A stretch of 62,550 nucleotides of DNA from Gonapodya sp. JEL0774 (taxonomy: Eukaryota), in the NCBI GenBank assembly GCA_027604505.1, contig JADIIX010000135.1:1-62550 (forward strand), read 5' to 3'. The notes below the pieces were generated by a model. That model saw nothing but the letters and a program-made list of their open reading frames with translations. It searched no databases and had not been told where the DNA came from. A program made the position numbers and the translations under genes. Of this stretch, positions 12,585-26,430 are shown in pieces (the first letter of the stretch is position 1; each line of letters begins with the position of its first letter).

Positions 12585-14291
12585 TCACTGAACAACAGAC
12601 AGTTGTTCCCGGTTCAGATCCCCAACAGCTTCCAAGAAAGAACTTTCTTTCACTGCACGCGCGACAACTTTTGCAATCATGGCCGAAGTCGTGATATCGT
12701 ACGACTTGAATGCTTCTCCGCGCAGGATACCAGTTAACTGGCCAGCATACCGCCCTAACTCTCGAGTGTTTGTCGAGTCACCAAGCGCAGCGAGTATCAC
12801 TGGAAGAATGTGTGGCGCAGTCACGGAGTTGAACAACGGCAGTGTCAGCAGACGGTCGAAACCACCAAAGGCCCGGAAAGCAACACTGAAGCGTGGATCC
12901 GAGCCAACGTGTTGAGCCAAGGCAGCGGATGCTCGTTCACAGTGAGCTGGATCAGCCGGCTGGCAGCGAACAAGTAGTGAAGTCAGGAGGTTGAGCAACG
13001 TCTCCAATTTCTTTGTGTCGTGAGCGGAGACTGTGCTGATGATTTCTATATTTTTTTGAGAGTCGGATATGGCCGTACGGAGAGAAGAGATCAGTCGACG
13101 CACATCATACTGCGTAAAGCCAAATTTTGAGAAAGCGGGGCTAGGGGCGCGGCCTGTGGGTGATGTCGGTGTGGTTGGTGACATTGGGTCCGGCGAACTG
13201 GCGAGGCCACGATTGGTGATAGAGTGCTCATTGAAGGCCTCGGCAGCTTCCGGTACCCCCACAAGCTCCTTTGTGACCTGTTCGTAGATCCTATCCTGTG
13301 TCCATTGTTCCAGAAGGTAACCGCACATTTCTGCGTCCGCGAGGGCATCCTCCAAATGCCACATGGATCGCTTTGCGTGCGCCCGAATCCACCAGGTTTT
13401 GAGACAGCTTGGATCGACTTCGAGAGCACGCGTGGTGCATTGTACAGCTGCAGAATGGTCACCAAGTCGTGCGTGACAGAGTGCTGCGTTTGTGAACAGT
13501 ACGGGGTCGATGGGGATGAGAACAGTTGACACTCTGGGTGGAAGGAGGTCATACTGATCTGTGTGAGTGCTTGACGAAGTGTTGTACGTGAGACCGGAGG
13601 GAGACCTTGTAATCTTAGCCAAATCGAGGGATTGTGATTTCCTCAGTCCAATGCTCCCTTGCTCCTCCGCGGTCTTGGTGCCACCAGTACATGCCTCAAT
13701 TGCATGCATGTACTCTACCAATGCAGCAGCGTGTTTGCCTGCCCGGAAGAAATCTGCACCCCGGGCCCGATGTCGTCCGCAACGTTCTGTTGCCTTTATC
13801 TTTGCGATCCGGGCTTCATCCTCTTCTTTCCGACGACGTGCCTCTTCCAGTACTTCTGGTGTAGGTAAAATGACTGGTTTGCTTGCGGAAATTGACAGGT
13901 GTCGCGGCTTCTTTCCACCTGACGGGGGCGGCGCAGGACGTGAAATTGCCACGAGCTGGGCGTAGGAAAGGGAGTCCCACGGAGTCGAATCGAAGGAGTA
14001 AACCTAATTAAATAGAGAGTTCGAAATGTCGCTTGTCCACTAATCACGTCCAGTCCAATTGGGAAAGAGAAAACATAACGCCGGCGTCTGGAAGGGGAGC
14101 GCAGGGTAACGCAGTAGCCCTGTACGCTGGGTCCTTGCGCTCTCTCTGCAAGAAAAAAACATGTTGCCATCACTGACCTTGCTACTGGACTGCCTCTTGG
14201 TGCTGGTTTTGGATTTGGCGGAAGATTTGTTTGATGCGTTGAACAGCGTGGTGACGCTTCTTTGCATTCCGCGCTCCTTGACAGACGGCAT
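12585..14291 (-). CDS. Truncated TTC12-like TPR paralog
   Basis: PIDPVLFTNAALCHARL…ALEVDPSCLKTWWIR and FRAFGGFDRLLTLPLFNSVTAPHILPVILAA align by eye to PVDPLLHTNLSLCHFRL and FRARGGFDRLLSPSIFNATTAQYVLPVLVAA of the 5378-8574 gene. First exon starts MPSVKERG at 14291. Confidence 0.7.
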
Positions 14292-14798
14292 CGCGAGGAG
14301 ACAATGGCTTCCGCAAGATGAGTAAGCGGTAGTGGAAGGCGGTATTCAATGAGAAGTTGTAGTTCTTGTTAGATGTCAAAGCGTTGCGGACTAAAGTCAT
14401 TTTGAGGGGTGTGTCATAAGGTGCCCTCAATCCTTGGTATTTTTCGCCCGAAATGGGATAATAGGGAAGGCATTTTTGACTAGCGAAAGAAGAAACCAAA
14501 TTCAATCCCATAAAAGTGCTAGGACCATGGTAACTATGACTCGACTATTGCATTACTTCTCCGTGCCGCAATCCTAGTCTTGCGATGCAAAGAATTTGAC
14601 GACTGCAATGGGAGTCACAATGGACTGAAGAGCCTTCACCGTTTACCAACCTGCTCTGGATTGAGGGTTCTCGATTGCGGAGCGCCAGATTCCAAGCACA
14701 ACTGTGGGGGCTTTCACCCCAGCTCCTTCCCGGCTGCTTTCAGTTGCAGTTGTGTATCTGAAAGGCAGATTTTTTTTAACCAGCGTACTGGAGTCATT

Positions 14799-16800
14799 AT
14801 GACATCAAGTCGGGAAGCTTCCTCCCTCCTTCTAATCGAAGCCGCGGAGTCTGGAAAACTGGACCTCCTTTCACTGGCGTTATCACAGGGGGCAAACCCC
14901 GATGCAAGGAAGAAGCTGAACTTGAAATGTGCCGTGAAAGTTGCCAGAACGTTGAAACGAACTTTATTGCGTTCAGATATTTTGGAGTCCAAAATTGAGG
15001 ACAAGATTGAGCAGCGGGAGGATTCCGTCTTAGGGGAGAGTGCTCTATTACTTGCTGTGGTTCGAAGTGGACGAGCGGACGTCGTCAGTGCACTTCTCGT
15101 TGCTGGTGAGCAATACAACTGGAGCGACAATGTTCGCTTCACTTTCACACCAATCATCCCTAACGTCAATCAACAGGCGCTAACCCTGATCTTGTGTGTG
15201 AATGGCACGTCGCAAATTTTGCAAATGTGTGGACACCGACCGAATGGGACTCACGGTGGCAAAGGTCCTTCCGCTATTCTTCTGTTTTGGAAATCGCCCT
15301 CATGACATCCGATCACGCGTTCAGCAAACCGGGTCCGATAGTCGAGCTCAACAGTCCCCGTGTCTGGCAAGACGTTTTGGACCGTTACTCGCTGGTTCCC
15401 GACGCGGACGTGGTTCAGGCGCTGCTGGACAAAGGTGCCCACGTTTCCACTCGGACACTTGAGCTTGCTCGGAATCTAAGAGATAATGGTGCACCCAACT
15501 TCCTCGAGATGTGTGAAAAGTACCGAGCGGCGCAAGAGCTCACACTGTCGTGTTTGAGCGCTTCCGATGAGGAGTTTTCCCGAATGCTTGCTTCTGCCAA
15601 GAGTGAATCACAGGGCCTCGCTGCCTCCCCCACAATGTCCACATCGACCCTTTACCTCCCCGACTCCATTCCGACTACTCCAGCAGTTCCTGTCTTCAGG
15701 GAAACGGACCTCTCCTTACCCCGCCCCCCATTGTCCTATTCCTCCGTTCCTGCCCCCAGTTCACGCTCTCCAACAGCCCTCACACTTTCCAATTCCCATC
15801 TTCTCCGCACCATCGCCCCTCTTCGGTCGCAATTGCAATCTTTGGAATCGGAAAACCGCTCTCTTCGCGAGCAGCTTTCCTCCACCTCAACTCAGTTATC
15901 CTCGTCACAAAAGGACCTCTCGCAGGCCCTCTCTGAGCTTGCTGCATGTCGAGCGCAGCTGCACAAGACACAAGTGGAGCTGCAGGCTTCGCGTATCAGA
16001 GACATCGAACAAGCCAAGCTCATCCGCTTGGCTCGTCCTGTGGTGTGTTGTGTACTGCAGTATGCACCTCATACTCGTGATGAGCTTGCCATGAGCATCG
16101 GAGACAGAATTGCAGTGGAGGAGGTGTTTTCGGACAACTGGGCAAAGGTGAAAGATTCTTTGCGGGAACATGAGTGGGACCATTTTCTCTTTTGAACTTA
16201 ACATGGCCGATTTATTTGATTCAGGGGGAGAACCTTACAACACAGCTCGTGGGCGTCTTCCCCACTAACTTCACAACATCTCTACCGGAAACGTTTCCGC
16301 ACATGTCTATGAAATCCGCACTTTCAAACTCCCACCGTTCACCTTCAATGTACTATAGCTCCCCAGAAGGTGGTCCGGATTCCTCCATTGCCGATGTCGT
16401 GGGCCCCCCACCAAGCTCTGACTTTGAAGAAAGCAAGAAGCGGAACAGACTTGGTATTGATGATGACCCTGATGTGTGGGACCAGGTAGACGCGTCTCTC
16501 CCCGAATCCGCACATTCATGGCTCTTCGAAGAGCCAAATGTTTCTCCTACTTTCCTGCCTGCGCCACACCCAGGCCTCCACTCTGTCCCCGACTTTGCTT
16601 CTTCATCGCAGCCTCAACCCACCGTTGGTGGCTTCCGACGTTCCCCGGTTTCGTCCACGAACTCTGTTCAGCCAAAAGCTGTACGATCCTCTTCTCTTCG
16701 CCGAGCACCATGGCGCCCAGAGGGTCATAATGCGTTGGGAACAACATTGGACGATCGGCACAGCGTCACCAGTGAGGGGTCTTTCGATACGGAGACTTAG
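14799..16800 (+). CDS. Ankyrin-repeat + coiled-coil + SH3 domain protein
   Basis: Ankyrin-like LIEAAESGKLDLLSLALSQGANPDA and GESALLLAVVRSGRADVVSALLVAG. Heptad region LRSQLQSLESENRSLREQL. SH3 YAPHTRDELAMSIGDRIAVEEVFSDNWAK|GENLTTQLVGVFPTNF split by an intron. Confidence 0.85.
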
Positions 16801-16917
16801 GCAGGACATGGTATATCATTTGTAAACGAGTACGTACGAAGTTCTGCAGATACCCTTTACAAAAGTCATTATATAGGGTCACCAATGCACTGTAAATTGC
16901 CATCAGTTACTGATATT

Positions 16918-19900
16918 CTACGAGTCTTTGTCGAGCCAGAGTTCTGGGACCCTCCCCACAAGCAGCGGATTTTGATAAGATTGGGATTGTGGATCCAACT
17001 CTGCCCCTAGATCGCTCTTCTTCACGGGAAGCACTGGATTCAGAACACCAGGAATGCGTTCCACTGGCGTCTGATAGGTACTGCGCGTCACAGTGTCAGG
17101 ATTCGGGGTCACATTCAAACGACGCCAATCAAAACCCATTGCCAAGTATCGTTGTTTCGCCCTTCTGACCCTGTCCTCAACAATCTTTGCTCCCTCAATG
17201 CTGACGTATCCCTCCCAAGGCTCCATGTATGTGCTCAAATAGTAACCCCAAAAGAGTACGATGCCAAGAAGCGGCAAGCAGAACATTGGAGAGGCGTAGT
17301 ACCACCCCTTGAATGACACACCTCCCATCATCACGATGATATGGATAATTTGACTGAAGATAACGCGCCGAGATATGAGGCCTGCATAACCGAAACTACC
17401 GTATCCCGAACCTCGTGATACTGTATCCGGCATTCTAACGTAGAGGATGGTGTACCTAAAGATAAAGAAAATGAATGGCCATTACAAAATGATTCCCCGA
17501 GTTCTTCCACCAAGTAGACGCACTTGAAAGCGTAATAGTTAAACAGAAAGTAGAAAACCGCACACAAAACAACAACCGGCTGAATTTGCGAGTAGATGAG
17601 CGCAATACCGTAGATGAGGACATTTGATGGCTGCAGCAGGAGTTGGTAAGCTCGAGCGCAACAAGAATACAACGTTGCCAACTGACAGTTCCAGAAGCGA
17701 GAAGTTGCCTAAGATATCCGGGCCAATTCATATCGGCTCGTGTTCGACGCGTTCTGAGTTCCGAATCGGAGAAGAGCTTCCGCAACCATACAATCAAGGC
17801 ATCGGTATTAATTATTAGAGTCAATGGGATGCCGACAAGGGTGCTCTGGTTGATATCTGAATGAAAACGTGAGGAAACAACCAAAATGTTAGCAAATATT
17901 GGGTACTCAAAAGGGCCCCCAACTATTCCTCACAATTGATATAAAACGGCGCAATATTCACAGCTGCATTAGCAAGAGTAACAGGAATGTTCTGAAAATT
18001 ATTGTAAAGGGTTGATAAGGTATTCCAGATACTGTCTGTGAACAAGATGATCTATATGGACAAGAAGAATAAAACACGCAAACCAAAATGCAGCAAAAAT
18101 AATGTCAAGAGACACCCACGAAAAAGACGTTCACAATCAGAAAGAAGTACATTTTGGTCCATACCCATAGTTCCACTTCTGGAACAGAGTGAAACCCTTG
18201 AAGAACACTCAAAGCTAGAGATACGGCACGAATCAGGAAAGCAGATGTGCCTCAAATATACGATGAATCTTACTTCGAATTACCAATGGCAACAGTGCAA
18301 GGATAACTTGCACAACTAGGGTTGGGATTACACCCTTTATGAACGAGCTCACAGTGGGGGAGAGTGCTTCAATGGAGGGTGCTAACGACGGTATCAAAAA
18401 GCTTATCGATTCAAGTGACTATTTCATAAAGGGAGGGAATCGTCCAAAGATAAAAGTTCGGTAACTGGGTACCAATTGAGTCCTCACCAGCAGTGAAGCT
18501 AAGGCAGTGACGGCAACAGCGTACAGCAAGACAAGGGCGAGGAGTGCAACCCAAACAAAAACCTGCACTAAAAGTCGAGAGGTCCTGCTCGTTGCAATGT
18601 ACGATGTCAAATTGGGCCAGTGCTGCCAAAGTTGAAAATGATCAATGCCTCTGAGTATCCTGTGGTGTTGGCTGAAAAGCCCGACTTTCACTCACAAGGT
18701 CCACAGGGTGTGGTGCGGTTGAAACTTTCACACGAGGAAACTGCGGATAGCGCGACATGATAGCTCTAGCAGCCATCGCCTAATTTATGAATGGAAAGGC
18801 CCATGAGTTTGTTATTGCAGTTCGAATTTTGAGGAGGTACTAACAGCATGGCTGGCTTTTTCGAATGTCACAAAAGCGATTTCTGCATTCTGTAAAGCAT
18901 TGTCTTCATCTTCATCTTCCGTATCGACAGGAGTGGCCGTAGTGGCGTCCCCTTGATGATGAGCACCAGCCTGTCTTGCGCTCGTGTCTATAATGAGTTC
19001 TTCCAATGACTCTTTGGGCGTTTTGTCAGTCAAATCTCCCGTCCATTCAAGACCAGAATGGATGCGAGTGGAATCGAGGTTTCCCGAAGTTGCACCATCG
19101 AGTCGTTCCGTTATCCGCCTCCGAAGACTCCTGACGATTTCATTCAGTTCTTTTAGCTCCCTCTCCTCTTCATCGATGATGTCCACCTTTTCTCCGCCAA
19201 AGCGAATAGCTCTTTTCGGTCTCACTGATCTCGCATCTTTGATTGTTCGAGAACTCTGTAACCCCAGCACACTCCATCGTTTTGATGTTCGAGCGTTTAC
19301 TTGCCACCGCTTACGATCCTTTTCTAGGTTCCGGATAACATGATATCGTCGCTTAAGAGTAGCGGCCAGCTCTTTGACTCTCTTTCCCCTCGCTACCACA
19401 GTCACGGCTCTGACATTTCCGAGATCAAGCACTTCCTCACACCACACTCGCAGTGCCTGTCGAACAGGGACCCCACTAATAGAAGCCGCTCGTAGTACGT
19501 GACTTGGTAAGCCCTCAATTTTAATCGTGCGAAGGTCTACCGAAGAGGCCCGGGGACTCAGAAGATGCAGCACCGGGCTCACATACACTGAAGGGTGAAA
19601 GGGTGCCGGGACTCTACCTCCATTACCGCCTACTTCTGTTTGCACTTGGTTTTGGTCGAACTCCACGTCTTCAAGCGAAAAACTTAGACCAGCGGCCATC
19701 CATGAACCCTTCGGAGTCTTTGCGCGCGACTCGTCGGCATCTCGTGCTCTATCTTGGAACCCCAACACGCGGTGCAGGGACGTCGCGACAGCCTCAAATG
19801 GATTGAAATCCAGCAATGCATCAAAGATATTTCGGATGGAAGCAGTAGATGAGAAATGAGGTCGACCGTCTCGATGAGAGAATCGACTTAAAAATTGTGG

Positions 19901-21981
19901 GGACCCGTTTCCCTGTCTGGGCATGTCTTGGGCATTCAGTGTTTCACTGACACGAATTGCGTCTTCAGCTTTCACCGTCATGCTGTTCACGGACTCCAAC
20001 AACTGGTCGTTGGTCGACTTCAAAGTTCGATCTCCTCCTGGAACAGGGCTGTAGTCACGACCTTCCGAGCCTCCGAAACTGACATTGTGACGCTTCCGCA
20101 GTCCATTGTCCAAGGCCGGAGATGGACTCCGGTGACCCGCAAGGAGCACGTCTGTGACGGAAATGGATGCCGCTGATCCCGGACGCTCATTCTCGTCCCG
20201 GAGTCTTGATTCTGCTTCTAGCCAACCAGCTTCTCTGGCCCACTCCCCTTCACCGATTCCGCGTTCAATCACTTCAATTCGTGCCTTCACAGCTCTCATC
20301 CAAAATCTGGTGAGACTGAACATGACAAAAAACTCAAAGACCCAAGTTAAGATCAAGTGCCCGATGAGAAGATTACTGTTTGCTGGAATGTTTTGAAAAG
20401 ATAGACTTGAGAGGGTGGCAATATCAAGACTAGTGGAATTGGAAGCAAGCGCGGCTTGAATGACGGCTTCGCCACCCGCTCGATTCAAGGGGGCAGCAAT
20501 TACGAAACTCAATGCGCATAGAACAGCGAATATGAAGAAGGCGGAACGGAGGAAGAGGAGGTGCTGTGCAAGGTCGTGGAGGTCAACCAACACCAACGGG
20601 AGAACACAACTCTCCTCAGTTCGAGAATCACTCACTATGTACGCATCCAAGCCAGCAGTACCAACTACCGCCTCGTCTGAAGATTCATGAAGTTGGCCCA
20701 AAGCACGCCAAAACTGCCAGTTGGGAATGCGGTCTATCGGCTCGGACTGTTGGGCGTCCTGCTCACCACCCGGGGCGCGAGACTCAAGATTTGTGGTATT
20801 GATGCTCGTTGCAGATTGGGGGTCCAGGGTCAAAGAAGGAGATACAGGGCTCTGGGAAGCTCCACCAGCATGTGGGTAAAGCAGCGTCATGTCACCAGGA
20901 GATGGAGACGAGGTCCGAATATCCACAAAAGTTGACGTTGTTGTAAGAGCGGGGAGCGCCGCATCGTCATTCGGCAACTCCGATATGGTTACAATAGGTG
21001 CGATATTGACTGAAGCAGACTCATGGGTTCCAGGGTTGGTGCTCTCCGAATTCCTGTCTCTCAATTCCTCTTCATCCTCAATACTCCCAGCAATGGAGTC
21101 GGGCCGGTCCTCATCATCTTGGGTTGTCTCGGAGGAGACTGGATGGTCGGCGTCGCTGGGCCGGTCAGTTTTGGCCTGTCCAAGTCGGGACTTCAGGTCA
21201 CGCTGTGCAGCAGTTATCCGACGAGCAAGCGCACTACCAAAGACGAGCGAGACCTTCGAGCCTTCGTTTGGGATGGGTTCTGTCGTGAGCGGAACATCAT
21301 CTGGAGGAATGTCAATAGCCGAACCCGACGAGTCCACAGTCCTAGAGACGGCAGGAGAGTTATGTGTTGCTCCAGAAGGTTCCTCAAGAGAGCTAGCAGA
21401 GGCGATTGCCGCGGAAGCGTTTGCTCCAGCATTGTTTGCAGCGGCAATTGCGCGCTGCTCCTTTCGAAGAAGCACCCTCAATTGGTAGGGCTCCCACGAG
21501 GAGCTGGAGCCAATCTCAGGTAGCTGACAAAGTTTGTTTGGGAGGTTGTATCGAGAAAAGGGATAGTCAGCGCGATTCAGATTGTAAGTCCGATTCGCAG
21601 TGTTCGAAAGATAATAGGGGCGAGGAGAGAACCATCGTCGCCAGCTTTTTCGCGGGCGAAGAACGATGAAGGTGATAAAAAAAATTCCGAAAAGAGAGGC
21701 ATACACGGCAAGAGGAAGGCTGACGGACGTGGGAACCGTTGCTTATACGGAGAACGAACAAAGAGAAATAGTTGAGGGGACGGAGTGGATGAAAGCACGT
21801 AGATCCCAGGAAATTGGAGCGGTGTCAGAACGGCGAATGGTTTGGATCCGAACAAATGTGATAAGAATGATGCGGAGACCAGGACGAGGAGAACAGAGGA
21901 GACTCCTCTGCAAACAAAGACTTGCAATGTAGTCACGCAAAACTCACGAAGAACAGCGCTGTCCAAAGGTTCATCCGACAT
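16918..21981 (-). CDS. CSC1/OSCA/TMEM63 (DUF221, RSN1-like) mechanosensitive cation channel
   Basis: TM0 FITFIVLRPR..RWFSPR, AGLDAY..LLFLR, NLLIGHLILTWVF, IAFVTFEK, and the 7TM region YGIALIYSQIQPVVVLCAVFYFLFNYYAFK. Confidence 0.88.
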
Positions 21982-22623
21982 CGTGTGTGAACTTGCAGGA
22001 TCTTCGATTGAGCCTGTACACGGCTGGGGGGATGATCCCGCTGCGTGGTGTAATCATGACTATCGCACTGAGTTGGCCCAGCATCATTATGTCGTCACGC
22101 GCTATTTGTCTTATACAGCGCATCCTACACTACGTGTACATTATGTAAGACAATAGTGTGATTTACTGTGAAAAGTTTTGGTCCGACAATTCGAAGGTGG
22201 TCCATAGCACAGCTATCCAATCGGATGCCCATTTACTATCTTTTCCGTTTCTTTTCTTTGATTTTACATGTTATTAAGGCGAATGCACTGGATGTGAGAT
22301 CAGACGCACCAAACACACACGAAGGGAAAGTGATCTGAAAAGCTCCCTTGTTTGATAGTACGTATAGCCATAATGAAGTCTGCCGGGAACGTTCCCCACA
22401 AGACAAACCGTGGGAACGTAATGACACTTACACATTCTGTAAATTGTGCATTGGTTGAAACAATGTGATCAAGTGGGTGAAGTCCTCTCAAACTATCAAG
22501 TGCCGGGCTTCACTTTTCTCTAGGCGTGCTGAAGCAGATGACATGAACAATCCAACTTAAACTTGAAACTTTAACACTACAGCACTCGCTTCAGTCCCCC
22601 ATATTCAGTATCTTAGATGAAGC

Positions 22624-23659
22624 TCAAGAGCTTAAATGGGACTGCCTTCGAGTCTTGTTGAGCTCCCCAGTCAACCGGTTCCACGCAGCGGAATCCAAAC
22701 TCTCATCATGTACTGGTGCTTCGATGCCACTTCTCTTGATTCGAGCAAGCTCTCTTTGGAGACCAATCTTATACGCCCTTTCGACAGCGTCAGCCTGTAC
22801 ATGGACAGAGTGTGTTGAAGGTATGAATACTGGAAGAAATGATTGATGGTAAATGAAGGGGATATCAAGACCAACCGAGCTAACACCTAACCTCACTTTC
22901 GCGAATGCCCTCTCCTATGCCACTGAAAACACTCTTGTACGGGTCTCGAAACTCAGCACCGTCCTGTCCTTTCGTGGTGCTATGGGGTCTTGTCCGCGTT
23001 TCCGAAGTTATTATTTTGTGACTGCCGACGGCCGCTCGAGCATCTTCAACTTTGGCGGCAAATATCCTCCACCGCTTTGATTCCTTTTGCATCTCAGAAT
23101 CTAAAAAGACACGCCACTTTGCCTGGGCAACGTCGTTGGTTTTGACCACCCTGTTCTCAAGTTCGTTCAATATCAGCGATGCCTCCTTGATATTGCCATA
23201 CACAATCCGCCCAACCTTAATTTCTGCATCCTCCAGTAGTTTCTGAGCATCCAGGCAGCCTCTCCACTCAGCTTCTCCCGAAGGAGATGCTCCTCTATTG
23301 TACCCCACGACAGAGCCTATTCCTTCCAGTACAGTCCACACAAGTTCTCCAAAAGCGTCAGATGAGAGAACTTGCTCTCCTGCATCTGTGAATCTCACAT
23401 CTCGTTGGAAAGGGCCCTCGAGTCTCACGCGAACAGGAGCTTTTGGGATGCTGTTGGGCATCCGTACTGTCTCGGGCTGGTTCTCTGCAGCATATCGTTT
23501 CCCACCGGGATGTAAGACACTAACACGCGTAACCCAGTCCGGGTAAGTAACGTCTGATTGCTGTTCAGCATTCTTTCTGCGGCGCGGTCGTGAATCGGTG
23601 ATCGAATCGGAAAGGTCATCGAGCTCTGAATCATCGGAGTGACCGTTCTCGGGGTTCAT
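22624..23659 (-). CDS. Hypothetical protein, 2 exons
   Basis: 259-aa ORF from ATG 23659, a GTTAGG donor near 22890, and a second exon ADAVERAYKIGLQRELARIK…* ending at 22624. Confidence 0.6.
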
Positions 23660-23855
23660 AGGCTTCGAAGCTAGTGTCGGAGGAGGGGCTGGCGAAAACG
23701 ACGGGTGAAATATATATTAAGATTGCGGGGAGGAACTTCGTCGCAATTACGTCGTGCGAACGTACACTCACTCGGTGGTTTGGGTTTGACTTGCGATTTC
23801 CACCAATAAATAATCGCTGCAGCTTTGCCGGTAGCAATTGCAATCTTTCTGAATC

Positions 23856-26430
23856 CTAGTTAGAGAGAAATTTGAGAGGGTAACAACGGAGTTTACTTGG
23901 TTGCGTATTCTTACGGTCAACACCAGCTCTTGCGATAGCCCATCTCCTCTCTTCTTCTTCGTCTTCTTCATCCTCCCTCGCCCACCTTCTCTCCGCATCT
24001 CTCCTCCGTCGATCCCTGTACTCCCTCTCGGCGACACTCTTGCGTCTGGCTTCTTGGAAATCAATTTTCCATTCTTCTGGAAACGAGATGAGAGACGATG
24101 AGCCGTTGGAATGCGAATGCCGAGCGACGAGGTGCATCAAGACATTTGAGTACGTGGACTGAAGGGACGACAGCGGAAATAACTTCACTCCGGATACTCT
24201 GTACTGTGAATGTGTCGATGTTGATAGAGAAGGAGCGAAAATACACAGAAAATCGTTCGGCTACAAAGTTGATGGGAAGCAGGCACGGTTGTCGAAATAG
24301 TTTCTAACCAGTGACGCACAAACCCACCTGAGCCAGCTCTATTCCACCGTTAAGCTCCCAGAAGTTCCACCTCTCGACAACAACAGCCGTCAATATGGCT
24401 TGCATAACTACGAGTAGTCTCCACTTTGGCGTCCCAAATCGCTCTCCACAACGTGGTGCGGTTCCGTCGACAATTTGATCAAAACACCAAACGTAATACT
24501 CGTGGGGCAAATCAGCAAGAAATCTGATGGGTAGCCCCGAGCATCGTCTACGAGAGGAGATTGAAGAGGGACCGGATACAGGGGCCGAAATTTCACAATT
24601 AGTAGCATCAACTTCCGACACAGGGTTCATCATGTTTTCGACTACCCATTCCACTGAGGGTTCTACCTCCGATGTTCCTGTTCGAACCATCTTCGCCAAG
24701 GTTCCAATAATTCCATCGGAAACTCGCATATATAGATCTCGAAGAATCGTTGGGATAGCCTCAAGAACCTCCGAATATGCCGAATCTAAAGTCCCGGACA
24801 CATTTGTGATATTATAAACACGGGAAGAGTCCTGATCACCCTCTTCAGCAGACGGATTAAAAGCCGAGGGAATCGAGTTCATGAATGCTTGAGCGACACC
24901 GACCACGAGAGTTGTACGAGCGAGAGACGATTCATGGAACAAAGGCACATGGGAGGTTGGGCGTGGTGGCCGATGAGGAGGTATTGCGGGAAACTCAAAA
25001 TGTTCTGTCGGAAAGACTGTTTGACCAGCATGGGTGCTCGTGTGCGAGGTCAAAGGTGGAAGCATTGACAAATTCGGATCAAGATGATTCGTGGCGAACA
25101 GAATTGGAAGGAGTGGGATGGTTATTCCCGCGGCGAATTGGAGCAACTCCCAAGGTGAGGCTTCAAATCTCTGTTGAAGATACCGTCTCCGGGATTTACG
25201 CGAGTCACCAAAACGGCTGAGATTGATTCGGAAATAGAAAAATGCCACCAGAGATTCGAGTAAGTGAACAAAGGCGTATGAATTGGAAAGGGGTGAGGTA
25301 TATTCTCGGGATGAGAGAAAGTAAAAGCAGTACCGGAAGAAGGTGGTGCGAATGGTGGAGCGAACCGAGTGGGAGGAGAATAGATGAGTAAAGTTGGGCA
25401 CAAAATAAGGAGCCCTCGTGTCACGGTCGCCTGAGAGCAACATGAATGCCAATGAGTCCACGCCGCCTTCAACGAAGCTGCACCACTGATCCACAGTCGA
25501 TGTTGTTTCAAGTTTACGATGTGGAATAAGCACAGCCTGCCATAAGACGAGGCGGAGTTCGCTAGGGAGCACGTTGAAAACGAGCGGTGAGCGCGAATCG
25601 TTCGAAGCTAGCGAGGCTTCGTTGTTATCGGACTGCAATACTCCGTTTCTAACGCTGAATGGCGAGATGCGTGAGCTTAGATCCGGCCAATTCGCAATAA
25701 GGTGGGCGAGAGCAGAAAAGCAGTGGGCTTTAATTGTTGTGTCGGTTGTGTCCACCGTGGGAGATCCGCCTGTACTCTTTTCAACCGAATGAGACGATAT
25801 TCTTTGCAGTAAGGAAGTCTCGATCGCTGCTGAAAGCACGTTTGAGAGTTTTTCGAGAGCATCAACAGCCGACTGAGGGTTCCGCTTCGGCGAGAGGAGT
25901 TCGTCTTCTACCTTTTGAATGAGTGTTTGCTGACGGTAAAATTCTTGGGGCAAGCCATTCGGGATCTCGGCCCCTTGCTTGGTGCCTCGTTTCTGGTTGG
26001 TAGTTTCCTTCAATGCTCTGCGTATTGTCTTCACAACAGTTCCGCGAATGGCCAGAATCTGCCGGTTTCGAGATGCAAGAGCGACAGATTTGTCCGCCTC
26101 GGACTCAATTCCTGCAAATTCGAAAGCGTGTGACAGGAAAGGCGGCATGGGGGGGGTTGGCGTGAGGAGGTATGCCAATGCATTGGACTTGCCGCTCCCG
26201 GCTAGAAGCTCTCCAACGAACGACAAGGGCTCTTCTGTAAAAAGCGACGGCACGTTGATCGCTGGAGAAACCATCACATTTGTGTCGGGTATTTCATTGG
26301 TTTTCGCAGCAAATGTAGTTTTGGAAGCACCGCTTCGTTCCCGTCTCGCGGACGTTGACGATACCAAATCAGCCACATCTCTGCCAGTTGCTGCCTGTCT
26401 TCTCCAGTTTCCAAAGAATCCTGCTGCCAT
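23856..26430 (-). CDS. Hypothetical protein, possibly with a divergent Rab-GAP/TBC-like fold
   Basis: 708-aa ORF 24304-26430 containing LPSELRLVLWQ and LPHEYYVWCFDQIV, reminiscent of TBC N- and C-terminal motifs. The 3' exons are uncertain. Confidence 0.5.

Noticed and set aside
21720..21925. Non-canonical GC-AG first intron in the OSCA gene
   Set aside because: A canonical GTGAGT donor with an upstream AAG acceptor also restores the frame, so the GC donor is not required.
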